From Actinomycetes bacterium (GTDB lineage Bacteria; Actinomycetota; Acidimicrobiia; Acidimicrobiales; Bog-793): a stretch of 64,000 nucleotides of DNA. Each line of letters starts with the position of its first letter. The stretch's first letter is position 1. The notes under the pieces were generated by a model, which saw nothing but the letters and a program-made list of their open reading frames with translations, searched no databases and had not been told where the DNA came from. The stretch is taken from NCBI GenBank assembly GCA_021829645.1, contig JAKBPI010000001.1:136796-200795 (forward strand), written 5' to 3'. A program made the position numbers and the translations under genes. Positions 28,315 through 37,538 of the stretch are shown here, piece after piece.

Positions 28315-30240
28315 GTGAGCGAACAAGCAGTATTAACTTATGAAGCGGACGATATAGAAATTCTGGAAGGGCTGCAACCTGTCCGCAAGCGGCCCGGTAT
28401 GTTTATAGGTTCTACTTCCACAACTGGCCTCCATCACTTAATTTGGGAAGTTGTAGATAACTCTGTAGATGAAGCTATGCAGGGTTTTTGTACAAAAATA
28501 ACAGTCACTCTATTAAAAGATGGCGGTTGTCGCGTAGAGGATAACGGTAGGGGTATTCCGGTAGATCCTCACCCCAGTGACCCTAGTAAATCAGCAGCGG
28601 AGATAGTTTTAACAGTCCTGCATGCCGGCGGTAAGTTTGGTGGATCCGGCTATAAAGTATCGGGTGGACTCCACGGAGTCGGGGTTTCTGTTGTTAACGC
28701 CCTTTCAAAGAGGTTGGAGCTAGAAATCGATAGGGGCGGTAAGCGTTATGAAATGACATTTACCGACGGCGGTACACCGGTATCTAAATTAAAGCCGGTG
28801 GGCGACTCACCCCGGAAGAGAACAGGTACTACTGTAGCATTTTGGCCGGATCAAACGATTTTTGACGATGTAGAGTTTCGTGCTCAAACCGTCATGGAAC
28901 GCTTACAAATAATGGCGTTTCTAAATAAAAGTTTGGAAATCGTTTTCATTGACGAAAGACAAGACCCTGTTCTCAAAGAAATTTACAAATATAACGGCGG
29001 TATACAGGACTTTGTTAGACATCTAAATATATCCAAGGAATCTCTGTTTAAAAAAATATGTTTTTATGAAGGTGTTGAGACAGAACAAGAAGTAGAAATA
29101 GCTTTGCAGTGGAATACGACATATTACGAAAGTATCCACTCTTTTGCTAACGGCATCTCTACTCTTGAAGGCGGTATGCATGAAGAAGGTTTTAAAAAAG
29201 CCCTAACAAACGTCATTAATAAATATGCCAGAGCTCGCAAATTACTCAAAGAAAACGAGGTAAACCTGGATGGTAAAGATATTAGAGAGGGCTTAACCGG
29301 CATTATTTCCGTACGGCTGCGTGAACCACAGTTTGAAGGACAGACTAAGTCAAAACTAGGTAACGTTACCATCAGGTCTTTGGTTGAGAAAACGACAAAC
29401 GAAAAACTGAGCCAATGGTTGGAAGAGAATCCCAGAGAGGCTTCCCAAATTATTCAAAAGGCAATTCTGGCAAGTCGCGCCAGACAGGCAGCAGCTAATG
29501 CCAGGGATCTCACACGCAGAAAAAGCGCCATGGGTGGGGCAGGTTTACCAGGTAAACTGATTGACTGTTCTTCGAAAAACGCAGAAATATCTGAAATTTT
29601 TATTGTGGAAGGTAATTCGGCCGGTGGTTCTGCCAAAGACGCAAGAGATCCACATACACAAGCCATTTTACCAATCAGGGGTAAAATCCTCAATGTTGAA
29701 AAATCGCGTATGGACAAGATGTTAAAAAATACCGAGATACAAGCCCTGATTATGGCAATTGGTGGTGGTGTGGGTGATGATTTTGATATATCAAAAGTTC
29801 GTTACCACAAAATAATTATCCTGGCCGATGCAGATGTGGACGGATCCCACATTAGAACCCTTCTATTGACGTTCTTTCTGCGCCAAATGAAGCCTTTGAT
29901 AGAAAACGGATTTGTGTATGCGGCACAACCCCCTCTGTATTCCACACTGATTGGTAATGCAAAAACATACTTAAAGGATGATCAAGCAAAAGCCGAGTTC
30001 TTAGCTGCTCATCCAAATCACAAAAATGAATTTCAGAGGTTGAAGGGTCTTGGAGAAATGGACTTCCATGAGCTAGAAGCTACGACTATGAGTCCCTCAA
30101 AAAGATCCCTGCTACAAATAAATATGGAGCAAGCGAGTATTGCCGATGAGGTTTGCTCAATCCTTATGGGCGACGATGTGGAAGTGCGTAGAAAATTTAT
30201 TCAGCAAAACGCCAAAGACGTGAGGTTCTTGGATGTCTAA
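28315..30240 (+). CDS. gyrB: DNA gyrase subunit B
   Basis: GHKL ATPase motifs HHLIWEVVDNSVDEA and GGLHGVG; Toprim motifs EGNSAGGSAK, PIRGKILNVE and ILADADVDGSHI. Confidence 0.97.
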   Translation: MSEQAVLTYEADDIEILEGLQPVRKRPGMFIGSTSTTGLHHLIWEVVDNSVDEAMQGFCTKITVTLLKDGGCRVEDNGRGIPVDPHPSDPSKSAAEIVLTVLHAGGKFGGSGYKVSGGLHGVGVSVVNALSKRLELEIDRGGKRYEMTFTDGGTPVSKLKPVGDSPRKRTGTTVAFWPDQTIFDDVEFRAQTVMERLQIMAFLNKSLEIVFIDERQDPVLKEIYKYNGGIQDFVRHLNISKESLFKKICFYEGVETEQEVEIALQWNTTYYESIHSFANGISTLEGGMHEEGFKKALTNVINKYARARKLLKENEVNLDGKDIREGLTGIISVRLREPQFEGQTKSKLGNVTIRSLVEKTTNEKLSQWLEENPREASQIIQKAILASRARQAAANARDLTRRKSAMGGAGLPGKLIDCSSKNAEISEIFIVEGNSAGGSAKDARDPHTQAILPIRGKILNVEKSRMDKMLKNTEIQALIMAIGGGVGDDFDISKVRYHKIIILADADVDGSHIRTLLLTFFLRQMKPLIENGFVYAAQPPLYSTLIGNAKTYLKDDQAKAEFLAAHPNHKNEFQRLKGLGEMDFHELEATTMSPSKRSLLQINMEQASIADEVCSILMGDDVEVRRKFIQQNAKDVRFLDV

Positions 30241-32716
30241 AAATAATAAAGGCACGTCTTCACCTACTGAAGACGAAGAAGCTATAGGCACCATTGAGCC
30301 TATAGAGATTCAACTCGAGATGGAAAGATCTTTCCTCGAGTACTCAATGTCAGTGATTATCTCACGGGCACTGCCTGACGTCAGAGATGGTCTAAAACCG
30401 GTCCATAGGCGTATCCTATACGGTATGTGGGACAATGGACATCGTCCCGACAGACCACATGTCAAATGTGCAAAAGTTGTCGGCGATGTCATGGGTCGTT
30501 TCCACCCACACGGTGACGCCGCTATTTATGATGCCTTGGCCAGAATGGTGCAGGACTTTAGCTTAAGGCATCCGTTGATTGACGGGCACGGTAATTTTGG
30601 TGCACCTGGTCCAAACGCTGGTCCTGCGGCAATGAGATACACAGAAGCCAGGTTATCCCAGCTCGCAATGAGTTTATTGGAAGATATCAATGAGCAGACT
30701 GTTGATTTTGTTCCAAACTACGATGGGTCTGACGAAGAACCGGTGGTACTTCCTGGACGTTTTCCAAACCTTTTAGTAAACGGTTCACAGGGTATTGCTG
30801 TGGGTATGGCGACCAATATACCACCACATAACCTCGGAGAGGTTATTGATGCCACCAAATATCTTATAGACAACCCAGAGGCTACCTCGGATGATCTAAT
30901 GAGATTTGTTAAAGGTCCGGATTTTCCGACAGGTGCAACAATACTCGGTCGACAAGGTATTATTGACGCATATAGAACAGGAAGAGGTTCTATTAAGCTC
31001 AGGTCAACGGCCGAAATTATAGAAGGGCGAGGCGGGATCTCTCAAATAGTAGTTACAGAGATTCCCTACCAGGCTTCGGTGGAAGTTATAGCGGAGCGCA
31101 TCGCCGATTTAGTGGAGAATGGCGAGCTAAGCGGAATTTCTGACATACAAGACGCATCTTCAGGCGGTAAACCAAAATTGGTGATTACCTGCAAAAGGGA
31201 TGCCAATCCAAACGTGTTATTAAATAACCTATACAAGCAAACCCCTCTACAAAGCTCATTCGGTATACACATGTTGGCTTTGGTGGATGGAGTACCGCGC
31301 CTATTGAATTTAAGCAATGCTCTAAGTGCTTATATACGACACCAAATCGAAGTAGTTACCAGACGTTCTGAATATAGATTAAATAAAGCAAAGGCAAGAG
31401 CCCATATAGTAGAGGGACTACTCAAAGCTCTCGACATCTTAGACGAGGTTATAGCCGCTATTCGCTCTTCCGCGGACCGCCAAGATGCTAAGACAAAACT
31501 TATGGCTGAGCCATTTTCGTTTTCCGATGAACAGGCGACTCATATTTTAGATATGACCCTTAGTCGTCTTACCAGATTGGGGCGACGGGAGTTAGAAGAC
31601 GAAATGGCCCAACTAAAAGCGCTTATTTTGGATTTGGAATCCATTTTGAACGATGATGGACGTCTTCGTTCGGTTATATCGGAAGAACTGGAAGTCATTA
31701 AGAAAAAATTTGCTACTCCGAGAAAAACCACAATCGGTCATGATGCCGGGGAAATCAATACGGAAGATTTAATTGATGACGAAGAAGTTGTGGTTACTCT
31801 CACCAAAGCCGGGTATATAAAAGCCGTACAGACAGATTCTTACAAAACACAGTCACGCGGCGGTAAGGGGGTGAGGGCAGCTAAATTAAAAGAAGAAGAC
31901 ATAGTAGAAGAAATTATTCATACCACAACCCATGCTTACCTACTACTGTTTTCCAACAAAGGCAAAGTTTATCGTTTGCGCGCTTACGAAGTACCGATGA
32001 AAGAAAGAACTGCTAAAGGCACGGCGATAGTTAACCTTATTCCTCTGGCTCCAGAAGAGAAGATTGAGGAAATAGTTGCTACTAAAGATTTTGATACCGA
32101 TAAATTTCTCTTGTTTGTTACCAAAAATGGACAAGTCAAAAAAACTTCTCTAACTGAATACGATAAAACAAGAAGAGAAGGATTTATTGCCATTAACTTA
32201 CATAACGATGACGAGTTAGTCAGGGTGTTTAGTATCGGGAACGGTGAAGATGTCATTATGGTTTCTAAAAACGGGATGGCAATTAGATTCTCTGAAGAAG
32301 ACATCAGAGCAGTTAGTAGAGCTGCAGCTGGCGTAAGGGGGATGAAACTAAAAGAGGGAGACGAGGTGGTTTCCAGTTTGGTCACCAAAGACGACTCATC
32401 TCTCCTGGTGATTACTCTAAACGGATATGGCAAGAGAATTAAGCTCGATAGTTTCCACCGCCAGGCACGTGGGGGCCAAGGTGTTAGGTGTATACGACTT
32501 ACTCAATCAAAAGGTTATGTGGTTTCAGGTTTGATGGCAGAAGACGATGACGAAGTTCTTATATCCTCTTCAACAGGCATTTTAATCAGGACTTCCGTAA
32601 AGCAAATTACTTCTCAAGGAAGAACAGCAACAGGCGTAAGAGTTATGAATCTGGGCGACGATCAATGTGTTGCAGCTGTGGCTTTAGTAAAGAACCAGGA
32701 TCAAGAATACGAATAA
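30233..32716 (+). CDS. gyrA: DNA gyrase subunit A
   Basis: DGLKPVHRRILY, the active-site region AAMRYTEARL, and C-terminal beta-pinwheel repeats. It overlaps the gyrB stop by 8 nt. Confidence 0.97.
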   Translation: MSKNNKGTSSPTEDEEAIGTIEPIEIQLEMERSFLEYSMSVIISRALPDVRDGLKPVHRRILYGMWDNGHRPDRPHVKCAKVVGDVMGRFHPHGDAAIYDALARMVQDFSLRHPLIDGHGNFGAPGPNAGPAAMRYTEARLSQLAMSLLEDINEQTVDFVPNYDGSDEEPVVLPGRFPNLLVNGSQGIAVGMATNIPPHNLGEVIDATKYLIDNPEATSDDLMRFVKGPDFPTGATILGRQGIIDAYRTGRGSIKLRSTAEIIEGRGGISQIVVTEIPYQASVEVIAERIADLVENGELSGISDIQDASSGGKPKLVITCKRDANPNVLLNNLYKQTPLQSSFGIHMLALVDGVPRLLNLSNALSAYIRHQIEVVTRRSEYRLNKAKARAHIVEGLLKALDILDEVIAAIRSSADRQDAKTKLMAEPFSFSDEQATHILDMTLSRLTRLGRRELEDEMAQLKALILDLESILNDDGRLRSVISEELEVIKKKFATPRKTTIGHDAGEINTEDLIDDEEVVVTLTKAGYIKAVQTDSYKTQSRGGKGVRAAKLKEEDIVEEIIHTTTHAYLLLFSNKGKVYRLRAYEVPMKERTAKGTAIVNLIPLAPEEKIEEIVATKDFDTDKFLLFVTKNGQVKKTSLTEYDKTRREGFIAINLHNDDELVRVFSIGNGEDVIMVSKNGMAIRFSEEDIRAVSRAAAGVRGMKLKEGDEVVSSLVTKDDSSLLVITLNGYGKRIKLDSFHRQARGGQGVRCIRLTQSKGYVVSGLMAEDDDEVLISSSTGILIRTSVKQITSQGRTATGVRVMNLGDDQCVAAVALVKNQDQEYE

Positions 32717-32770
32717 ATTGGTAGTTTTCCCAATGGAGGATCCAACGGACTATAAACTGTTATAGGAAGC

Positions 32771-32847
32771 GGGGCTATAGCTCAGTCGGTTAGAGCGCAG
32801 CACTGATAATGCTGAGGTCGCAAGTTCGATTCTTGCTAGCCCCACCA
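32771..32847 (+). tRNA. tRNA-Ile (anticodon GAU), CCA encoded
   Basis: Cloverleaf by eye: acceptor GGGGCTA/TAGCCCC, D arm GCTC/GAGC, anticodon arm CAGCA-CTGATAA-TGCTG, T arm GCAAG-TTCGATT-CTTGC, then ACCA. Confidence 0.9.
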
Positions 32848-32903
32848 AACCATCAATACCTAACCTTCTGGGTTCGGTTATTGACGTATACTTTTGTCAT
32901 TAT

Positions 32904-35900
32904 TTAGTGACTATATCTTTTTAATAGCTTATTTGCTTCCGTAGTACGACCCACTTGTTGGTAGGAAAAAGCCAGATTGTCTCGCGCAGTCAATGTATTA
33001 GGGTGATCTTTTCCTAATATCCGCTCATAATCTGCTAAGACCTTTTCCCCTATTTCTATAGCTTTATCAATACGACCCACTTGTTGGTAGGAAGAAGCGA
33101 GGTTGCTTCGCGTAATCAAAGTATAAGGATACTCCGGACCCAATAGCCGCTCACAATCTACTAAGACTTTTTCCTCGATTTCTATAGCTTCATGAGTACG
33201 ACCCACTTGTTGGTAGGAAGAAGCCAGATTGCCTCGCGCAGTCAATGTATTAGGGTGATCTTTTCCTAATATCCGCTCACAATCTACTAAGACTTTTTCC
33301 TCGATTTCTATAGCTTCATGAGTACGACCCAGTTGTTGGTAGGAAGAAGCGAGGTTGCTTCGCACAGTCAATGTATTAGGGTGATCTTTTCCTAATATCC
33401 GCTCACAATCTACTAAGACTTTTTCCTCGATTTCTATAGCTTCATGAGTACGACCCAGTTGTTGGTAGGAAGAAGCCAGGTTGCTTCGCACAGTCAATGT
33501 ATTAGGGTGATCTTTTCCTAATATCCGCTCACAATCTGCCAAGACCTTTTCCTGGATTTCTATCGCTTCCGTAGTACGACCTGCTTGTTGGTAGGAAGAA
33601 GCCAGATTGCCTCGCGCAGTCAATGTATCAGGGTGATCCGGACCTAATATCCGCTCACGATCTGCCAAGACCTTTTCCTGGATTTCTATCGCTTCATGAG
33701 TACGACCCACTTGTTGGTAGGAAGAAGCCAGATTGCTTCGCGCAGTCAATGTATTAGGGTGATCCGGACCTAATATCCGCTCACGATCTGCCAAGACCTT
33801 TTCCTGGATTTCTATCGCTTCATGAGTACGACCCACTTGTTGGTAGGAAGAAGCCAGATTGCTTCGCACAGTCAATGTATTAGGGTGATCTTTTCCTAAT
33901 ATCCGCTCACAATCTGTCAAGATTTTTTTACTGATTTCTATAGCTTCATGAGTACGACCCACTTGTTGGTAAGAAAAAGCCAGGTTGCCTCGCACAGTCA
34001 ATGTATCAGGGTGATCCGGACCTAATATTCGCTCACAATCTGTCAAGATTTTTTTACTGATTTCTATAGCTTCATGAGTACGACCCACTTGTTGGTAAGA
34101 AAAAGCCAGGTGATTTAACGCAACAAGGGTGTCGTAATGCTTTTCCTCAGGAAGGCTTTTTAGTGTAGCGACAGCACTTTCCCAAATAATTGGGATTTTA
34201 GTCAGTTGTCCCGTTCGAACAGCTACCGCAGATTTAGCATGAGTAAAGGTTAAATATAGTTCGGGTGGAACCTTATTACTAATAGTTTCGAGTAGAGGTT
34301 GTGCTATTTCAGGGGCACCAACACGTATCAATTCTGATGCTACTCGGATAACACGTTCGGGAAGAAGAGGGTTGTTGTCTTTGGTTATCGCCTCGGTGGT
34401 GATAGATAGCAACAGATCTAGTGACATAGATGGTTTCTTTAGGTCAGCTGTTAAGATTGCAACTAGCAAAAAAGAAGCTCTATCAGTATCCGCGACATTA
34501 ACCAATAGGCTGTCGGCTCGCTCAGCCCAACTAGTTCTGTCATTTATGGCAGCCAACATAAACAATTCAAATCGTATATCAGCAATAGATAATGTCTGTA
34601 GTTTGTGTTCTATAAGACGGCTAATTGCTGAGGGTTGTTTTAATAAAGAAAGTGGATTTCCTGTGTCAAGAGCTGCACACGCATCGTCAAGTTCTTTTAG
34701 TTTTGTGAGTAATGCCGGATTAGCTGACTCTTGATGCCGAGGTGCAAACATTCCGGTCGTTGGATCGATAAAAGGTGAGGCGACTAACGCTCCGGTAAGG
34801 CTAAAAGTAGAGTCTTTGACTAGGTGTAGTGCTTGCTGGAGGTAATTCGCAACTATAGGTTGACTTGAGTTGATTTTGGAAAGTTCATCTTGTTCAAACC
34901 AAGAGAGAAGAAAATCAAGCACCAATTGGATGGGCTTACCTCTCGAGTCTTTGAGTTGGAAAGCAAGACGTGCTAAAGGTTCTGCTAATTCATAAAAACT
35001 CAAACGACGATCAGCGCGATCAACCAGTAAACCTGTACGAAGTTGAACCCAACCACGATTTTTTAGATCACTCATTGTTTTAGCTAGGCTTTTTTGTTCA
35101 ACTCCAATTGTTGTGGCCAGTTCGTTTACTGTTATAGCTCGATCGGCATCCGCCAGAGTTCTTACGACAAGTCGTTCTTGTGGCGATAGTCGTAATAATT
35201 GTTCTTGGTAGAAAGGAGTTAGATCATCAAATCTTTCTATGAGAACTTTAGTCAATTCGTCCAGATCGGAAGTCTTAAGACCGGTGGCAAAAAGTGCCCA
35301 CATACGCGGTTGTCCACCGGCGAGATGTTCTATAGCAGTGAGGCGTGCTTGTGATGTGGGATCGTTGAGCCGGTTTTCTAAAGGAAGGTCTCTTTCAAAT
35401 TTTGCTATAGCTTTTAACATTTCTATCGCCTGGGAAGCGGTGAATGGAGGAAGTTGGGTTGTATCAAAAAATCCATAAAATGTATCTGTTTGGTTTAATA
35501 GGTAGTCAGTAAGGCGAGTAGCCGTGGCAATCACGAGAAACGGTCGTTTGTTTTCGAGAAACGCCCGCAAACGGCGTTGCCCTGCTGTCTGCAGATTATC
35601 AAGGATCCAGTCAAGGTTTTCTGTGAGTAGCACAATCGGACCATATGTATCAACTTCATTCATGACAGCTGTTTCCAATTCCTCGTCTGTCATGTGTCGG
35701 TCTAATTTACCTTGGTAATTATCAGCGATTGGTGTCTCAATGTGTTCAAGGACACAACGCAGTAGATCACTATAAGAATTGATGGTCCAAGGGTCTTCTG
35801 GCAGCCAACTGATGCTGAAAGGCAAGCCGTCTTTTTGAAGGTGACGCAGTTTATGATACGCAAGACTGATTAGATGCGTCTTACCCGCACCACGAGGACC

Positions 35901-36047
35901 TACTAATAGCCTATGTGAGCGTTCATTTGTTTGAGTAGCACGTTTAGTACGAGCTATGATGTCTTCCAATAGGTCATGACGGTGAACAAACAGAGCGTTG
36001 AGGGTGTCTTCGTCAAGCAAACTTGGTGTAAATCGTGCCAGTGTCAT
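32904..36047 (-). CDS. STAND-like P-loop NTPase with winged helix and ten C-terminal TPR units
   Basis: Walker A LLVGPRGAGKTHL, Walker B-like IVLLTENLD and a MarR-like wHTH (SPQERLVVRTLADADRAITVNELATTIG). A helical region of about 250 aa is followed by 10 x 42-aa TPR units (consensus HPNTLTxRSNLASSYQQVGRTHEAIEIxEKVLxDCERILGKD). ATG 36047 forms an ATGA overlap with the upstream stop; the track start at 36095 is probably an over-extension. Confidence 0.75.
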   Translation of the reverse strand: MTLARFTPSLLDEDTLNALFVHRHDLLEDIIARTKRATQTNERSHRLLVGPRGAGKTHLISLAYHKLRHLQKDGLPFSISWLPEDPWTINSYSDLLRCVLEHIETPIADNYQGKLDRHMTDEELETAVMNEVDTYGPIVLLTENLDWILDNLQTAGQRRLRAFLENKRPFLVIATATRLTDYLLNQTDTFYGFFDTTQLPPFTASQAIEMLKAIAKFERDLPLENRLNDPTSQARLTAIEHLAGGQPRMWALFATGLKTSDLDELTKVLIERFDDLTPFYQEQLLRLSPQERLVVRTLADADRAITVNELATTIGVEQKSLAKTMSDLKNRGWVQLRTGLLVDRADRRLSFYELAEPLARLAFQLKDSRGKPIQLVLDFLLSWFEQDELSKINSSQPIVANYLQQALHLVKDSTFSLTGALVASPFIDPTTGMFAPRHQESANPALLTKLKELDDACAALDTGNPLSLLKQPSAISRLIEHKLQTLSIADIRFELFMLAAINDRTSWAERADSLLVNVADTDRASFLLVAILTADLKKPSMSLDLLLSITTEAITKDNNPLLPERVIRVASELIRVGAPEIAQPLLETISNKVPPELYLTFTHAKSAVAVRTGQLTKIPIIWESAVATLKSLPEEKHYDTLVALNHLAFSYQQVGRTHEAIEISKKILTDCERILGPDHPDTLTVRGNLAFSYQQVGRTHEAIEISKKILTDCERILGKDHPNTLTVRSNLASSYQQVGRTHEAIEIQEKVLADRERILGPDHPNTLTARSNLASSYQQVGRTHEAIEIQEKVLADRERILGPDHPDTLTARGNLASSYQQAGRTTEAIEIQEKVLADCERILGKDHPNTLTVRSNLASSYQQLGRTHEAIEIEEKVLVDCERILGKDHPNTLTVRSNLASSYQQLGRTHEAIEIEEKVLVDCERILGKDHPNTLTARGNLASSYQQVGRTHEAIEIEEKVLVDCERLLGPEYPYTLITRSNLASSYQQVGRIDKAIEIGEKVLADYERILGKDHPNTLTARDNLAFSYQQVGRTTEANKLLKRYSH
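32907..34139. repeat. Tandem array of about ten 126-bp units, in frame, encoding the TPR units
   Basis: The anchor GTACGACCCACTTGTTGGTAGGAAGAAGCCAG recurs every 126 bp, near 32944, 33070, 33196, 33322, 33448, 33574, 33700, 33826, 33952 and 34078. Some neighbouring units encode identical 42-aa peptides. Confidence 0.9.
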
Positions 36048-37309
36048 GATGCCCGCCTTATTTCCCAAATCCGTGCCAGCGACCGGTATTTCCAACTGAT
36101 ATCACCATCAGGGGTTCGCTTTAGGTAGTGGTCGCGGATTAACAAATCAACAATTCTCTTCAAGTTTTTTTCTGGTTGTCCATTAGTGCAGCTCAGGGCT
36201 TCTTGTAATGTAGGTCTTTTGTTAGGTCCATGTTGAGCTAGTTCGTCAAGTATACTCCCGGCAAGCAGACAATCATCGGGGTTATAGTATCGATCAAGCC
36301 TTGTTAAGAGGGAGGTGCTTTGGTGAGAAACATCTAAGTCGGCAGCAGCCCGATCAAACAAAGAGGCCACATTGTTACCGCCAAGCGTTTCTTTTTGATC
36401 TCTTGCGTATGCAACTACTAAATGTTCCAGATAGGGAATTCCATCTGTGATTCTAACTATTTCTGTTGATGTATCAGGGTCGTATTTAACGTCATTTCCA
36501 CGTAGCAGACAATCAGCCAGGTATTTAGCCCAAGATGCTTCAAGAGCCCCTAGTTCGTAATAAATCAGATCATTGGTGAGATCATCGCCTGCTCCTATTT
36601 GAGACATAACATGATGCATACCTACCGAGCCGGTAAGTATCCAACAAAGTGAAGGGTTATTTTCACGAAGTCTTCGCAAGATTGCCAGAGTTTTTCTTGC
36701 CTCATCCGGTCCTTCTTTATCCTTAATACTCAAAAGCATGTCAGGAACTTCATCGCATGCCAGTAGCAGAAAGCGCTTTTCTTCATTCAGTACTTTTGAT
36801 ATCTCTATGAGTGCGGTCTCCAGTGTTGCCAATGGGTCGTACTTATAAGCTTGTTTGAGGGCAATTTTTACAGGTCCTGCGGATACCTCAAACCCAGTGA
36901 ACAGTTTTTTTAGATTATTTATTACACGTTTTGACAGTGTTTGAAAGGTATATAGATCTTTGATGATTGTTTCACATAATTTGGTGGTGGTGTCCACACC
37001 CTGTAAACTAATTTTTATACATTTAGACTCCCGATTTGTTTCGGCAGCCATTTTACTCAGCACACTTGACTTTCCCAATCTTCGGATGTCGGTGAGTAAA
37101 ATTGAAGATGATTCACTAGCTTTCCATAATTTTTTGATTAACTCATCACGCCCTATCACAAAACCTACATTTGATTGCCCTCCAGGGACTGCCGGTATTC
37201 TTATTGGCTCGGGTAGTTCTTTAATCACAGCCGCTCCTTTTATCTGGTTTCTTAGAATACAGAAACTCTCACGTATAATAATACGGGAAATTTCCCGTAC
37301 TGTCAACAC
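36044..37309 (-). CDS. ATPase of the PF01637/ORC-Cdc6-like (DEXX-box 'archaeal ATPase') type with a C-terminal winged-helix-like tail
   Basis: FVIGRDELIKKL...DIRRLGKSSVL (family-typical Walker A), Walker B FLLLACDEVPD, ILTGSVGMHHVM, and the C-terminal IVDLLIRDHYLKRTPDGDISWKY. Its stop overlaps the ATG of the TPR NTPase (ATGA). The family call rests on motif resemblance only. Confidence 0.6.
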   Translation of the reverse strand: MLTVREISRIIIRESFCILRNQIKGAAVIKELPEPIRIPAVPGGQSNVGFVIGRDELIKKLWKASESSSILLTDIRRLGKSSVLSKMAAETNRESKCIKISLQGVDTTTKLCETIIKDLYTFQTLSKRVINNLKKLFTGFEVSAGPVKIALKQAYKYDPLATLETALIEISKVLNEEKRFLLLACDEVPDMLLSIKDKEGPDEARKTLAILRRLRENNPSLCWILTGSVGMHHVMSQIGAGDDLTNDLIYYELGALEASWAKYLADCLLRGNDVKYDPDTSTEIVRITDGIPYLEHLVVAYARDQKETLGGNNVASLFDRAAADLDVSHQSTSLLTRLDRYYNPDDCLLAGSILDELAQHGPNKRPTLQEALSCTNGQPEKNLKRIVDLLIRDHYLKRTPDGDISWKYRSLARIWEIRRAS

Positions 37310-37538
37310 ATTAAATATGAATTAAAATTTTTCTTCGTTATTCTATAAAGGACGTCGATAACTCCTAACCATAGGGTCTTTTTGCTGACTTAGAAAATAA
37401 AAGATTAGAGAACGAGGTTTTCATAGAGTTATTTTTAGGACTTCTAAAAGCGTGCAGCGCTTAAAGATAAAAAAATTTGACTTTGAAGGTTTTAGTTAGG
37501 TAATGGCGGCTTTGACCAAATGTTGAGGTTGTGGCTAA

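Noticed and set aside
32907-34139. Highly regular 126-bp direct repeats that at first glance resemble a repeat array (CRISPR-like or satellite)
   Set aside because: There are no unique spacers. The period is exactly 42 codons, and the whole array is in frame within a long ORF encoding TPR helices.
36048-36095. 16-codon N-terminal extension of the TPR NTPase, which would overlap the upstream gene by 52 nt
   Set aside because: The internal ATG at 36047 gives a classic ATGA stop/start junction, and the extension (MEIPVAGTDLGNKAGI) has no conserved character.
32848-37538. Integrative genomic island inserted at tRNA-Ile
   Set aside because: There is no integrase or recombinase gene. I could not find a direct repeat of the tRNA 3' end in 37310-37538, and there is no obvious compositional break. 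I claim only 'variable region after the tRNA'.
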